From an uncultured Opitutus sp. (GTDB taxonomy: Bacteria; Verrucomicrobiota; Verrucomicrobiia; Opitutales; Opitutaceae), in the NCBI GenBank assembly GCA_964480585.1, contig CAYZPV010000003.1, positions 156,412-220,411 of the forward strand: DNA of 64,000 bases, in the 5' to 3' direction. Below the pieces are notes generated by a model that was not told where the DNA came from, did not search any database, and was given only the letters and a program-made list of their open reading frames with translations. Positions 54,580-64,000 of this stretch are shown here, one piece after another (the stretch's first letter is position 1; each line of letters starts with the position of its first letter). Both the position numbers and the translations under genes were made by a program.

Positions 54580-56433
54580 ATGTGCGGCATCGTCGGCTAC
54601 GTCGGTAAACAGAAAGCAGCTCCCCTGATCCTCGAGGGCCTCAAGCGCCTAGAGTACCGCGGCTACGACTCCGCCGGGGTGACCATCCTGCAGGAGGGTC
54701 GCTTCGATCTCGTGAAAAAGATCGGCCGCGTCGCCAACCTCGAAAAAGAGCCTGCAACGCACAAGCTAAACGGAAGCTATGGCATGGGCCACACTCGCTG
54801 GGCGACTCATGGCGGTGTGACGGATGCCAACGCCCATCCCCATATCAGCAGCGACGGCCAGATCGCACTGATCCATAACGGCGTGATCGAGAACTACTCG
54901 AAGATCAAAAAATTCCTGCTCGAAAAGGGCTATACCTTCAAGTCGGAGACCGACACTGAGGTGCTCTGCAATCTCATCGCCTACCACTACTCCAAGGAGC
55001 CCGCAGCGCAGAATGGGGACAGCCGTTTCGTATCCAGCGTGCGGAAGGCCCTCCTCCATGCGGAGGGCACCTATGGCATCGTCGTGATGGCGCTCGATGC
55101 GCCGGGCGAGCTCGTCACTGCCCGGAAAGGCTCGCCGCTCATCCTTGGACTTGGCGATGGAGAAAGCCTCGTCGCCTCCGATGTGGCGGCGATCGTGAGT
55201 CGCACGCAGAACGTCGTCTACCTGAAAGATGGCGAGATCGCGCACCTCACGCCAAAGAACTTTTCGATCACGACACTCAACTCCGAAGCCGTGAGCGCGG
55301 TGGTGGACAAGGTCACCTGGTCCATCGCCGACGCAGAACTTGGCGGCTACGCGCACTTCATGGAGAAAGAGATCTTTGAGCAGCCCGTAGCGCTGGAAAA
55401 TGCGATGCGTGGGCGCTTCTCCGAAGACGGGAGCACCGCGCAATTTGGCGGCCTCAATATCGCGCCCGGCGAATTTCGCGGCATCGAGCGCTTCATGTTC
55501 TGCGCCTGCGGCACCGCGCTGCACGCATGCATGGTGACGGAGCACATGATCGAACGCTTCGCGCGCATACCGGTGGAGTGCGACTACGCCTCCGAGTTCC
55601 GCTATCGCAACTCCCCGCTGCACCGCAACACGCTCTTCTTCGTAATGAGCCAGTCGGGCGAGACAATCGATACCCTGGCCGCCCTCCGCGAGGCCAAGCG
55701 CAAGGGCTACAAGGTGCTTGCGGTGAACAATGTCGTGGGATCCACGATCGCCCGCGAAGCCGATGGCGGCATCTACCAGCATGTCGGCCCGGAGGTCGGT
55801 GTCGCCTCCACCAAGGCCTTCACCTCGCAGGTGCTGATCGGGGCGATGCTGGCGCTCTACATCGGCCGTATGCGCGATCTCAGTTTCGGCGCCGGAGTGC
55901 GCTACGTCGCCGCGCTCAAGGGCGCACCGGATCTCGTGCGCAAGGCGCTGGAGCAGGCACCGCATATCAAGGCCATCGCGAAGCGCTATGCGCACTACAC
56001 CGATATGCTTTTCCTCGGCCGCCTCTCGCTCTTCCCCATCGCGCTAGAGGGCGCGCTCAAGCTAAAGGAGATCTCCTACATCCACGCCGAGGGGTACCCT
56101 GCTGCGGAAATGAAGCACGGGCCCATAGCGCTCGTGAGCGAAAAGTGCCCGGCCGTCTTTCTCGCCCCCAGCGGCGAGATCCTCAACAAAATCGTCTCTT
56201 CGATGCAGGAGATCAAAGCTCGGAAGGGCCCCGTAATCGCAATCGTCACCGAGAATGTGGAACTGCCCGCTGGTCTGGCAGACGAGACCATCGTGGTGCC
56301 CGAATGTCACGAGGCTGTGCTGCCCATCGTGATGTCGATCCCGGTGCAGCTCCTCAGTTACTACATCGCCGTCGAACGCGGCTGCGACGTCGACAAGCCC
56401 CGAAATCTCGCGAAGTCCGTCACGGTGGAATGA
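54580..56433 (+). CDS. glmS: Glutamine--fructose-6-phosphate aminotransferase
   Basis: MCGIVGY, LEYRGYDSAG, GHTRWATHG, SQSGETIDT, GVASTKAFT, EGALKLKEISYIHAEGY and PRNLAKSVTVE. Confidence 0.97.
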   Translation: MCGIVGYVGKQKAAPLILEGLKRLEYRGYDSAGVTILQEGRFDLVKKIGRVANLEKEPATHKLNGSYGMGHTRWATHGGVTDANAHPHISSDGQIALIHNGVIENYSKIKKFLLEKGYTFKSETDTEVLCNLIAYHYSKEPAAQNGDSRFVSSVRKALLHAEGTYGIVVMALDAPGELVTARKGSPLILGLGDGESLVASDVAAIVSRTQNVVYLKDGEIAHLTPKNFSITTLNSEAVSAVVDKVTWSIADAELGGYAHFMEKEIFEQPVALENAMRGRFSEDGSTAQFGGLNIAPGEFRGIERFMFCACGTALHACMVTEHMIERFARIPVECDYASEFRYRNSPLHRNTLFFVMSQSGETIDTLAALREAKRKGYKVLAVNNVVGSTIAREADGGIYQHVGPEVGVASTKAFTSQVLIGAMLALYIGRMRDLSFGAGVRYVAALKGAPDLVRKALEQAPHIKAIAKRYAHYTDMLFLGRLSLFPIALEGALKLKEISYIHAEGYPAAEMKHGPIALVSEKCPAVFLAPSGEILNKIVSSMQEIKARKGPVIAIVTENVELPAGLADETIVVPECHEAVLPIVMSIPVQLLSYYIAVERGCDVDKPRNLAKSVTVE

Positions 56434-56463
56434 GTCGCTCCCACAGCGGAGACATCCGGAGCG

Positions 56464-56523
56464 TGTAGGCGCGAGCGGGGCACGCGGCGCGTTGCGCGCC
56501 GCACCCGCCCGACGATTACTACG
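56464..56523. repeat. GC-rich hairpin with GTAG/CTAC-type flanks downstream of glmS
   Basis: GCGGCGCG-TTG-CGCGCCGC (56484-56502). On the minus strand the segment starts CGTAGTAA and ends CTACA, like the 9128-9203 element. Confidence 0.3.
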
Positions 56524-56528
56524 CTTAC

Positions 56529-56569
56529 AAAAAAACAAAAGGCACGCGCCACCAGGTGACGCGTGCCTT
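56529..56569 (-). terminator. Intrinsic terminator, minus strand (possibly bidirectional)
   Basis: AAGGCACGCG (56539-56548) / CGCGTGCCTT (56560-56569) with an A-rich tract on the plus strand, giving a U-tract on the minus strand. Confidence 0.8.
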
Positions 56570-56657
56570 GCTATGTTGCGATGCCTTTTGCGCGGGATTT
56601 GAGGCGATCTCCTCTCGCGCCGCTGGAATCGATCTTACCCGAAGAGGGGTTTGGGGA

Positions 56658-56852
56658 CTATTTGGCTTTCCCCAGAATCTTCAGGAGCGAGATCGCCTCC
56701 AGCACGGCTCGCAGCCGTTTTGCGTTCTCCCATTCGGAGAGCTTTTGTTGCCGGATGCCAAGTTTCCGGGCGAATTGATGCTGCGTCATTTTCGAGCGAA
56801 GTCGGGTTCGTCGAATTTGAGCGGCCATTGATGAAGCGGTGGTGGTCGCCAT
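56658..56852 (-). CDS. Small XRE/Cro-family helix-turn-helix protein (~64 aa)
   Basis: QIRRTRLRSKMTQHQFARKLGIRQQKLSEWEN fits HTH_3. Start set at ATG 56852. Confidence 0.7.
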   Translation of the reverse strand: MATTTASSMAAQIRRTRLRSKMTQHQFARKLGIRQQKLSEWENAKRLRAVLEAISLLKILGKAK

Positions 56853-56989
56853 AACGACAGTATGACGGAACCTTCGGGAAAAAAGAAACCAAGATTTAAC
56901 GGACTGACCGAAATTCTCCGTAGCAAAATCGCTCACGAAAATTTCACTTTCGCTCATCGAGGGGTGCCAAGCCCACTCTCACCGGCGGG

Positions 56990-59900
56990 TTAGGCACCTT
57001 CGGACGGGTGTGCTTGGGCTCTATCGCGGGGCAGTTCTAGTGCCGCCACCGTCTCCTTGTTCGGTCGGCCCGCGGGAGCACGTCGGTCGCTAAATCCCCT
57101 CACGACGACGTAAAAAACCGGGGTTAGCAGCAGGCCAAAGAAGGTAACGCCCAGCATACCCCAGAAGACCGCCGTGCCGAGGGCGCGGCGCATCTCCGCG
57201 CCCGCTCCCGTGGCCAGCGCAAGCGGCACTACGCCGAGAATGAATGCGAGCGAGGTCATGAGAATCGGTCGCAACCGCAGGCGCGAGGCTTCCACGGCGG
57301 CCTCGATCCGCGACTTGCCCGCATCTTGGAGTTGTTTGGCAAACTCCACGATGAGGATGGCGTTCTTGCTCGCGAGGCCCACCAGCACGACGAGCCCGAT
57401 CTGCGTAAAGATATTATTGTCCTGCCCGGCGAGGAGCACCCCGCCCAGCGCACTAAGGATACACAGGGGCACGATCAAAATCACGGCCAGCGGCAGCCCC
57501 CAGCTCTCGTATTGCGCGGCAAGCACGAGGAAGACAAAGAGCACGCACAGCGGGAAAACGTATACAATGGTATTCCCGGCGAGGATCTGCTGGAGGGTAA
57601 GGTCAGTCCATTCGAAGTCGAAACCTGGCGGGAGCTCGCGCGCGGCGATCCGCTCCACCGTCTGGATCATCTCTCCGGAGGATATGCCGGGCTGGATGTT
57701 GCCGGTGAGATCGGCGCTCGTGAACATATTGTACCGCTGCACCCGATCGGTGCCGCCGATACGGCGGACATTTACCAAGGAGCCGAGAGGCACCATCTTT
57801 CCGTCGCGATTTCGCATCTGGAGCCGGGCCACGTCCTCCGGCGCATCGCGAAATTCGGGCTCCGCCATGGCAAAGACCTGATAGGTGCGACCGAAGAGAT
57901 TGAAGTCGTTTACGTAGACCGAGCCCAGCGCGACTTGCAGGGTCTCGTTGAGCTCCGCCAGGGAGACGCCTAGGTTCTTTGCGGCGGCGCGATCGATATC
58001 GACGAAGTACTGCGGCGTGTTGGAGCGAAAGCCCGTGATCAGCGAGGTGAAGCCCGGCTCCTTCGCGATCGCATCGATCAATTTACGGGTCGCCGCATCG
58101 AGCGCGGCGAGCCCGGCGCCATCGAGATCCTGCACCTGGATCTTAAAACCGCCGGAGTTGCCTAGGCCGCGCAAGGGCGGCGGCGGAAGCACGAGCACGC
58201 GCGCTTCCTTGATGGCCGCAAACTTTTGCCGCAATGAATTCATCAGCGCGGCCGCGGTCAGCGACTTGTCTTTGCGTTCGGAAAAATCCTCCGGGATGAT
58301 GAACGCCGCACCTACATTAGACTGGTTGGCCTGCAACACGGAGGAATACCCGCTGATGGCAAAGGTGTGCGCGATGCCGGGCTCGGCGCGCGCGATCTCA
58401 TCGACCCGCCGCACCACCTCGTCTGTTCGGCTGAACGAAGCGCCATCCGGCAGCTGCACCACCACGAGGAAGTACCCCATGTCCTGCACCGGGATGAAGC
58501 CGGTCGGCACACGGACAAATGTGAGAACGGTAAGCCCCAGCAGCGCCAGATAGCCGAGCAGCGAAAGCTTGGCGTGACGCACGAGCCCACGAACCAGCAG
58601 CGAATACTTCTCGGCCATGCGGTCGAACGCAGCGTTGAACCAGGCGAAGAAGCGATGGACGATCCGCATCGGCCCGGACCCATGATCGCCGTGAGCCTGA
58701 TGCTCGCGGAGCAGCAGCGCCGAGAGCGCAGGCGACAGCGTGAGAGCATTGAAGGCCGAGATCACTGTCGCCGTCGCGATGGTCAGCGCAAACTGGCGGT
58801 AGAACTGGCCCGTGATGCCGCCCAGGAACGCCACGGGCACGAATACGGCGCACAGCACGAGCGCGATAGCGATAAGTGCGCCTGAGACCTCGCCCATCGC
58901 CTTGAGCGTAGCCTCACGGCGCGAGTACCCCATGCGCAGATAGCGCTCCACGTTCTCCACGACCACGATGGCATCGTCGACCACGATGCCGATCGCGAGC
59001 ACGAGGCCAAAGAGCGAGAGGTTGTTGAGCGAAGAGCCGAGCAACTTCATCACGGCAAACGTGCCGATCAGCGACACCGGCACCGCGATGAGCGGAATGA
59101 TCGAGGCACGCCAAGTCTGAAGAAAGAGGATCACCACCAGCACCACGAGCGCGATGGCTTCAAGCAGCGTCTGCAGCACTGAGACGAAGCTCTGGCGCAC
59201 GAACTTCGTCGGATCGTAGTTTATGCGGTAGTCGACGCCAGGGGGGAAGCGCGTCTTGAGCTTCTGCATCTCATCGTACACCGCCATCGCCGTATCGAGG
59301 GCATTGGAGCCAGGGAGCTGGAAGACGCGGAGAGACACGGCGTTCTTGCCATCCATGTAGCTCTTCACCGCGTAGTCGCGAGCGCCCAGCTCCACGCGCG
59401 CCACATCGCGCACGCGGATCACATCACCAGCCACCCCGGTGCGGACCACGATCAAGCCAAAGTCATCCGGTTTGGTGAGACGGCCCTGTGCCGTAAGCGT
59501 ATACTGGAAATCAGTGCCCCGCGGCGACGGCTCCTGGCCCAAAGTGCCGGCGGCCACCTGCACGTTTTGCTCGCGGATCGCCCGCACCACGTCGCCCGGG
59601 GAAAGTTCACGCGCCGCGAGCTTGTTTGGATCGAGCCAGATGCGCATGGTAAATTCCTGGCCGCCGAGCGTGTTGGCATCGGCTACGCCAGGGATGCGTG
59701 CGATACGATTCTGCACCTGGAGGGCAACGTAGTTGGCGAGGTAGAAGGTATCGCGCGAGCCATCGGGCGAGTAGAACTGGACCGCGAGCGTGAGATCGGG
59801 AGATTGCTTCTTTGCCGTCACGCCGAGGCGACGCACATCCTCAGGGAGCCGGGCGAGCGCAGCGTTGACTCGATTCTGCACTTGCACCTGGGCGTCATCG

Positions 59901-60205
59901 AGATTGGTGCCGAGCTTGAAGGTCACCACGAGGTTCAGACGCCCGTCGCTCGTGCCCGACGAGGACATGTAGAGCATGTTCTCGACGCCATTTATCTCCT
60001 GCTCGAGCGGCGCGGCGAGCGTATCGGCGACCGTCTGGGCATTGGCGCCCGGATACGAGGCGGAGACGACCACCGTGGGCGGCACGACCTCCGGATACTG
60101 CGAGACCGGTAGCTGGAAAAAGGCCAGCGCACCCATCAGCGTGATGACGATCGACAGCACCGATGCAAAGACGGGGCGGTCGGCGAAGAAGCGCGGGATA
60201 TTCAT
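56990..60205 (-). CDS. RND efflux permease (HAE1 / AcrB-MexF-like)
   Basis: FFADRPVFASV, YPEVVPPTV, GIVVDDAIVVVEN, ASKNAILIVEF and RLRPILMTS; the proton-relay residues are intact. Confidence 0.95.
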   Translation of the reverse strand: MNIPRFFADRPVFASVLSIVITLMGALAFFQLPVSQYPEVVPPTVVVSASYPGANAQTVADTLAAPLEQEINGVENMLYMSSSGTSDGRLNLVVTFKLGTNLDDAQVQVQNRVNAALARLPEDVRRLGVTAKKQSPDLTLAVQFYSPDGSRDTFYLANYVALQVQNRIARIPGVADANTLGGQEFTMRIWLDPNKLAARELSPGDVVRAIREQNVQVAAGTLGQEPSPRGTDFQYTLTAQGRLTKPDDFGLIVVRTGVAGDVIRVRDVARVELGARDYAVKSYMDGKNAVSLRVFQLPGSNALDTAMAVYDEMQKLKTRFPPGVDYRINYDPTKFVRQSFVSVLQTLLEAIALVVLVVILFLQTWRASIIPLIAVPVSLIGTFAVMKLLGSSLNNLSLFGLVLAIGIVVDDAIVVVENVERYLRMGYSRREATLKAMGEVSGALIAIALVLCAVFVPVAFLGGITGQFYRQFALTIATATVISAFNALTLSPALSALLLREHQAHGDHGSGPMRIVHRFFAWFNAAFDRMAEKYSLLVRGLVRHAKLSLLGYLALLGLTVLTFVRVPTGFIPVQDMGYFLVVVQLPDGASFSRTDEVVRRVDEIARAEPGIAHTFAISGYSSVLQANQSNVGAAFIIPEDFSERKDKSLTAAALMNSLRQKFAAIKEARVLVLPPPPLRGLGNSGGFKIQVQDLDGAGLAALDAATRKLIDAIAKEPGFTSLITGFRSNTPQYFVDIDRAAAKNLGVSLAELNETLQVALGSVYVNDFNLFGRTYQVFAMAEPEFRDAPEDVARLQMRNRDGKMVPLGSLVNVRRIGGTDRVQRYNMFTSADLTGNIQPGISSGEMIQTVERIAARELPPGFDFEWTDLTLQQILAGNTIVYVFPLCVLFVFLVLAAQYESWGLPLAVILIVPLCILSALGGVLLAGQDNNIFTQIGLVVLVGLASKNAILIVEFAKQLQDAGKSRIEAAVEASRLRLRPILMTSLAFILGVVPLALATGAGAEMRRALGTAVFWGMLGVTFFGLLLTPVFYVVVRGFSDRRAPAGRPNKETVAALELPRDRAQAHPSEGA

Positions 60206-60209
60206 GCGC

Positions 60210-61379
60210 TCAGCGAGTCTGCGCGGTGATCGATGCGGGGAGCTTCATCTCCGTCTCCTCCGCCTCGGCCGCGGCGCCAGCGCGCACGGCCATGAGGCCA
60301 TTGATCACCACGCGATCTTCGGCGGCAAGGCCCTCGCGCACCACCCGCAACCCTCCCTCAAGCTGGCCGATGACGACGGTACGCTGGCTCACTTTGCCAT
60401 CACGCCCGACGACGTAGACAAACGGGCGACCCTGGTCGCTCCCGATCGCAGCATCGCGCACGAGCATCGCATCGTACTCACCGGTGCCAGGGATGCGCAG
60501 CCGCGCGAAAAAGCCCGGCGACATCAGCCGATCGGGATTGGGAAATACCGCGCGCGCCTTGATCGAGCCTGTCGTGGAGCTGATCTCATTGTCGACGAAA
60601 TCGACCTTCCCCTTCTGGGGAAAGCCCTCCTGATTCGCCAGCCCCATCTCAGCCGGGATGGTGCTGAAGAGCGCGCTCTCGCGCTTGCCAGTGCGGGCGA
60701 GTTCACGGTACTTGAGCGCGGAGCGTTCATCGACATCGAAATACACGTAGATGGGATCGAGCTGCACGATGGTGGTGAGCACGTGCGCATCCTTGGTGCC
60801 GCCTACGATGAGATTGCCCTCCGTGATCATCTTGCGGCCTACCCGGCCCGAGATCGGCGCAGTCACGCGCGTAAAATCGAGCTCGAGCTGCGCTTGATCG
60901 AGCTGAGCCTGGGCTGCGGCGAGCGAGGCCACGGCGCCGGCGTAGGCCTTGGTCTTCACATCAGCCTCCTCGGCGGAGATCGCATTGGTCTTGATGAGCC
61001 GCGCCGCACGCTCGCTCTCCGACTTGGCCAACTCGAGCGTGGCTTGCGCCCGCTCCAGCTCGGCCTTGGCGCGAGCGTGCTCGGCGGCGTAGCGTCGCGG
61101 ATCGATGACGTAGAGCAAGTCGCCGGCCTTTACGATGCGGCCCTCGGCAAAATGCGTGCTCTCCAGATACCCGCTCACCCTAGCCCGCACTTCCACCGAG
61201 GCTACCGCACCAAGGCGGCCGGGAAACTCGTCCCACTCGGTGAGCCGCTGGGGGATTGGCTTGGCCACCGTCACTTTCGCCGGCGCGGGCGAGGTAGCCG
61301 GCGCCGGAGCTTTGGTACAGGAGCTCACACCCAGAGCCAGGATGCAGCCGACGAGTGTGGTGAGGGAGAGACGAATCAT
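60210..61379 (-). CDS. RND periplasmic adaptor (MFP) lipoprotein
   Basis: Lipobox GVSSC, VEVRARVSGY, LLYVIDPR, TRVTAPISGRVG and PGFFARL. Start set at ATG 61379. Confidence 0.92.
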   Translation of the reverse strand: MIRLSLTTLVGCILALGVSSCTKAPAPATSPAPAKVTVAKPIPQRLTEWDEFPGRLGAVASVEVRARVSGYLESTHFAEGRIVKAGDLLYVIDPRRYAAEHARAKAELERAQATLELAKSESERAARLIKTNAISAEEADVKTKAYAGAVASLAAAQAQLDQAQLELDFTRVTAPISGRVGRKMITEGNLIVGGTKDAHVLTTIVQLDPIYVYFDVDERSALKYRELARTGKRESALFSTIPAEMGLANQEGFPQKGKVDFVDNEISSTTGSIKARAVFPNPDRLMSPGFFARLRIPGTGEYDAMLVRDAAIGSDQGRPFVYVVGRDGKVSQRTVVIGQLEGGLRVVREGLAAEDRVVINGLMAVRAGAAAEAEETEMKLPASITAQTR

Positions 61380-61571
61380 GATCGGGAAAAAGACGAAGCG
61401 GAGCACGGAGCGTTCCGCCAAAACGAAGTTGGCTACCGATTTCCGCTTTTTACCGGAAGGCAACTGCGCACAACCCAAAAAAGCGACTTCCCTCCTTGCT
61501 CGGCGACAAACGAGATTGGGATCGCCCCTAGCCAACGGAGAAACATCGTGTAGGGGCTCCCGCAGCCCTCC

Positions 61572-63179
61572 GTGAATCGCTCGCCCCTCTGCCTTGCCCT
61601 CTCGCTTTTAATCTTCGTCGGCTGTGCCAGACGAGAGAACGTAGCCGACCGTGGCACACGGGAGGGCATTTTGCACCTAGCCGTCGGCAATGAGCCTACG
61701 GACCTCGATCCGCACACCGTAACTGGCACAGGAGACGCCAAGATCGTGCACTCGCTGTTTGAGCCGCTGGTGAGCTACGATCCCACCACGCTCGCTCCTG
61801 TGCCTGCCCTCGCCGAGCGCTGGGAAATCTCCCCCGACGGGCTGACCTATACCTTTTACCTCCGCGCAGCCAAGTGGTCCAATGGCGAGCCGATCACCGC
61901 GCAGGATTGCGTCGACTCCTGGCAACGGATGCTCACGCCCTCCCTCGGCGCGGAGTATGCCTATTTTCTCTATCTACTCCGCGGCGCCGAGGCCTACTAC
62001 ACCGGAAAATCCAAGGATTTCTCCACCGTCGGCGCAACTGCGCGCGATGCTCGCACCCTTGTCGCCACACTCGAGTACCCCGCGCCGTACTTCCTGCAAA
62101 TGCTGCTCAATTCGCCCTGGCGGCCTGTAAATGTCCGCGCCATCGCCGCAGTCGGCGATCCCTCTCGCCGCGGCACGCCCTGGACTCGACCCGGCAAACA
62201 CGTCAGCAGCGGCCCATTTGTGCTCAAGGAATGGACGATCAACCAACACATCATCGTCGCCCGATCGCCCACCTACTGGGCTCGCGATCAAGTGCAGCTC
62301 AACGCTGTCCATTTCTATCCCATCGACAATATCGACGCGCAGGAGCGGGCCTATCGGGCCGGCCAGCTGCACGCCACGTGGGATCTTCCGCTGTCGAAGA
62401 TTCTGCCGCTGCAGCGGGAAAAATCGCCTGCCCTCCGCATCGACCCGCTGCTCGAAACGCATTTCTTCCGGCTAAATGTCCGCCGAGAGCCTTTCGACGA
62501 TGTCCGCGTCCGGCGCGCGTTCGCGCTCGCCGTCGATCGCGTGGCGATCGCGAACAAGGTCCTCCCCGGCGGCCGGCGAGCGGCAGAGACGTTTGTGCCC
62601 TCCTTCCTCGCCGGCTACACACCGCCTGCGCCAGGCCAGCGCTTCGACCCCTCGGCCGCGCGCAAACTGCTCGCCGAGGCCGGGCATGCGGGCGGCGCAG
62701 GCCTGCCGCCCATTGAAGTCTTGTACCACAATTCTGAGATCCTCCGCCTCGTCGCCGAAGCTATCCAGCAAATGTGGCAGCAGGAGTTGGGCGTGACGGT
62801 CACGCTCCTCAACCAAGAGAAGAAGACCGTCGCCGCTGCACGCCGCACCGGCGACTACCACGCAAACCTCGGCACATGGACGGCCGACTACCTCGATGCC
62901 ACGACCTTCCTCGATATGTGGTACGCCGACTCGGGAAACAACCAAACTGGCTGGGCCTCCTCCGCCTTCGATGCGCTCCTCAAAAAGGCCAACACCCAAG
63001 CCGACCCCGCCGCCCGTGCCACCACGCTCGCCAGGGCCGAGGGGCTCCTCCTCGAGGAGGCTCCCATTATTCCCGTCTATTTCAATTCTCACATCTATCT
63101 GCTTCACCCCGCGGTGCGCGGCTGGCAGCCGACGCCGATGGATCATACAGAGTATCGATACGTGAGACTAAGCCCCTGA
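61572..63179 (+). CDS. Peptide ABC transporter substrate-binding lipoprotein (OppA family)
   Basis: Lipobox IFVGC, EPTDLDP, LAERWEISPDGLTYTFYLR, WSNGEPITAQD, SGPFVL, NPTYW-like RSPTYW and RVRRAFALAVDR. Confidence 0.9.
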   Translation: MNRSPLCLALSLLIFVGCARRENVADRGTREGILHLAVGNEPTDLDPHTVTGTGDAKIVHSLFEPLVSYDPTTLAPVPALAERWEISPDGLTYTFYLRAAKWSNGEPITAQDCVDSWQRMLTPSLGAEYAYFLYLLRGAEAYYTGKSKDFSTVGATARDARTLVATLEYPAPYFLQMLLNSPWRPVNVRAIAAVGDPSRRGTPWTRPGKHVSSGPFVLKEWTINQHIIVARSPTYWARDQVQLNAVHFYPIDNIDAQERAYRAGQLHATWDLPLSKILPLQREKSPALRIDPLLETHFFRLNVRREPFDDVRVRRAFALAVDRVAIANKVLPGGRRAAETFVPSFLAGYTPPAPGQRFDPSAARKLLAEAGHAGGAGLPPIEVLYHNSEILRLVAEAIQQMWQQELGVTVTLLNQEKKTVAAARRTGDYHANLGTWTADYLDATTFLDMWYADSGNNQTGWASSAFDALLKKANTQADPAARATTLARAEGLLLEEAPIIPVYFNSHIYLLHPAVRGWQPTPMDHTEYRYVRLSP

Positions 63180-63239
63180 GGCTGCCTCGCCCCTTCTGTC
63201 ACCGCCCGGCCGTAACTGCCAGCAACACCCGGCGGCACC

Positions 63240-64000
63240 CTAGGCCCGTGGGTGCGCTTTGGCGTAGATATCCTTGAGCCGGGCCACGCTCACATGCGTG
63301 TAGATCTGTGTCGTCGCGAGTTGGGAGTGGCCGAGCAGCTCCTGCACCAGCCGCAGGTCCGCACCCGCATTGAGCAAGTGCGTCGCATAGGAGTGCCGCA
63401 GCTTGTGCGGCGTGAGGTCGAGCGGTAGCCCAGCGGCGGCGAGGTAGCGCTTGAGCATCGTTTGCACCTGGCCTACCTTCATGCGCCCGCCGGCAGAGTT
63501 TTGCAGCACAGGCGCGTCATGCCCTTTGTCCAGCGCGTGCTCATCACGAAATTTCTTTAGCACGGCATGCGCGATGCCCCCAAGGGGGCAGAGTCGCTCC
63601 TTCTTTCCCTTGCCAAGCACGCGCGCGACGCCGGACTGCGGATCGACGTCGCCATAGTTCAGCGCCACGAGTTCACTCACGCGCAGCCCGCCGCCGTACA
63701 GTATCTCCATCGCGAGTCGGTCGCGCCAGGCGGTGTGGATATCGAGCGCTTCCGCCTCCAGCAGGCACTGTGGGCCGGTGAGCAGTCTCTTCATCTGCTC
63801 CTCGGTCAGGAATTTCGGGAGGCGTTTTTCCAGTTTAGGAAGGGGCACGCCGAGTAGCGGGTCTCGCTTCAGCTTCCCGTGGTGCATCCAGTACTTGAAA
63901 AACGTCCGCAGCCCAGAGGCGTGATTGTGAAGCGTGCGACGGTCGAAACGCCGCTGGGCTTCGATCACGAAGTCACGCATATCGCGCGCCGTCAGCGCAT
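63240..64000 (-). CDS. xerC: XerC/XerD-type tyrosine recombinase, 5' end outside the window
   Basis: RLPKFL, LYGGGLRVSEL, GKGKKER, HKLRHSYATHLL, VQELLGH and TTQIY. The frame stays open to the window edge (...ALTARDMRDF). Confidence 0.88.
   Translation of the reverse strand, partial: ALTARDMRDFVIEAQRRFDRRTLHNHASGLRTFFKYWMHHGKLKRDPLLGVPLPKLEKRLPKFLTEEQMKRLLTGPQCLLEAEALDIHTAWRDRLAMEILYGGGLRVSELVALNYGDVDPQSGVARVLGKGKKERLCPLGGIAHAVLKKFRDEHALDKGHDAPVLQNSAGGRMKVGQVQTMLKRYLAAAGLPLDLTPHKLRHSYATHLLNAGADLRLVQELLGHSQLATTQIYTHVSVARLKDIYAKAHPRA

Noticed and set aside
63240-64000. Phage or island integrase
   Set aside because: Motifs and size match chromosomal XerC/XerD, and no mobile cargo or att sites are nearby.

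Overview
GC-rich (roughly 65%, estimated by eye) bacterial chromosomal window. The gene repertoire points to Verrucomicrobia, probably Opitutaceae (inference): Ig-repeat surface protein, fused SecDF, several sulfatases, a solo OppA-like lipoprotein and C-rich leaders without SD motifs. Left part (1-18 kb) is housekeeping: partial Ig-repeat protein, tRNA-Arg(ACG), yajC-secDF-recJ, speA, a VOC protein, and a coaE-rho-pilB-pilT-pilB-pilC run whose Rho has a long disordered N-terminus. Middle (18-40 kb): HD-domain protein, AI-2E family transporter, a divergent Gfo/Idh/MocA + ThuA pair, an atypical sulfatase, an ECF sigma/FecR/TonB-dependent receptor/three-sulfatase operon, and a LuxR-type regulator with a beta-propeller sensor kinase. 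Right part (40-64 kb): glgC divergent from an apparently complete, mostly translationally coupled Pel exopolysaccharide operon (pelX-A-B1-B2-C-D-E-F-G) followed by glmS. PelB appears split into a membrane-anchored TPR protein and a separately secreted TPR/beta-barrel protein. After that come a tiny XRE HTH gene, an RND pump pair, a peptide-binding lipoprotein and a partial xerC. No CRISPR array, rRNA, IS or prophage was seen. The best candidates for an under-described system are the Pel variant and the sulfatase cell-surface-signalling locus. All family calls come from motif recognition, not database searches.
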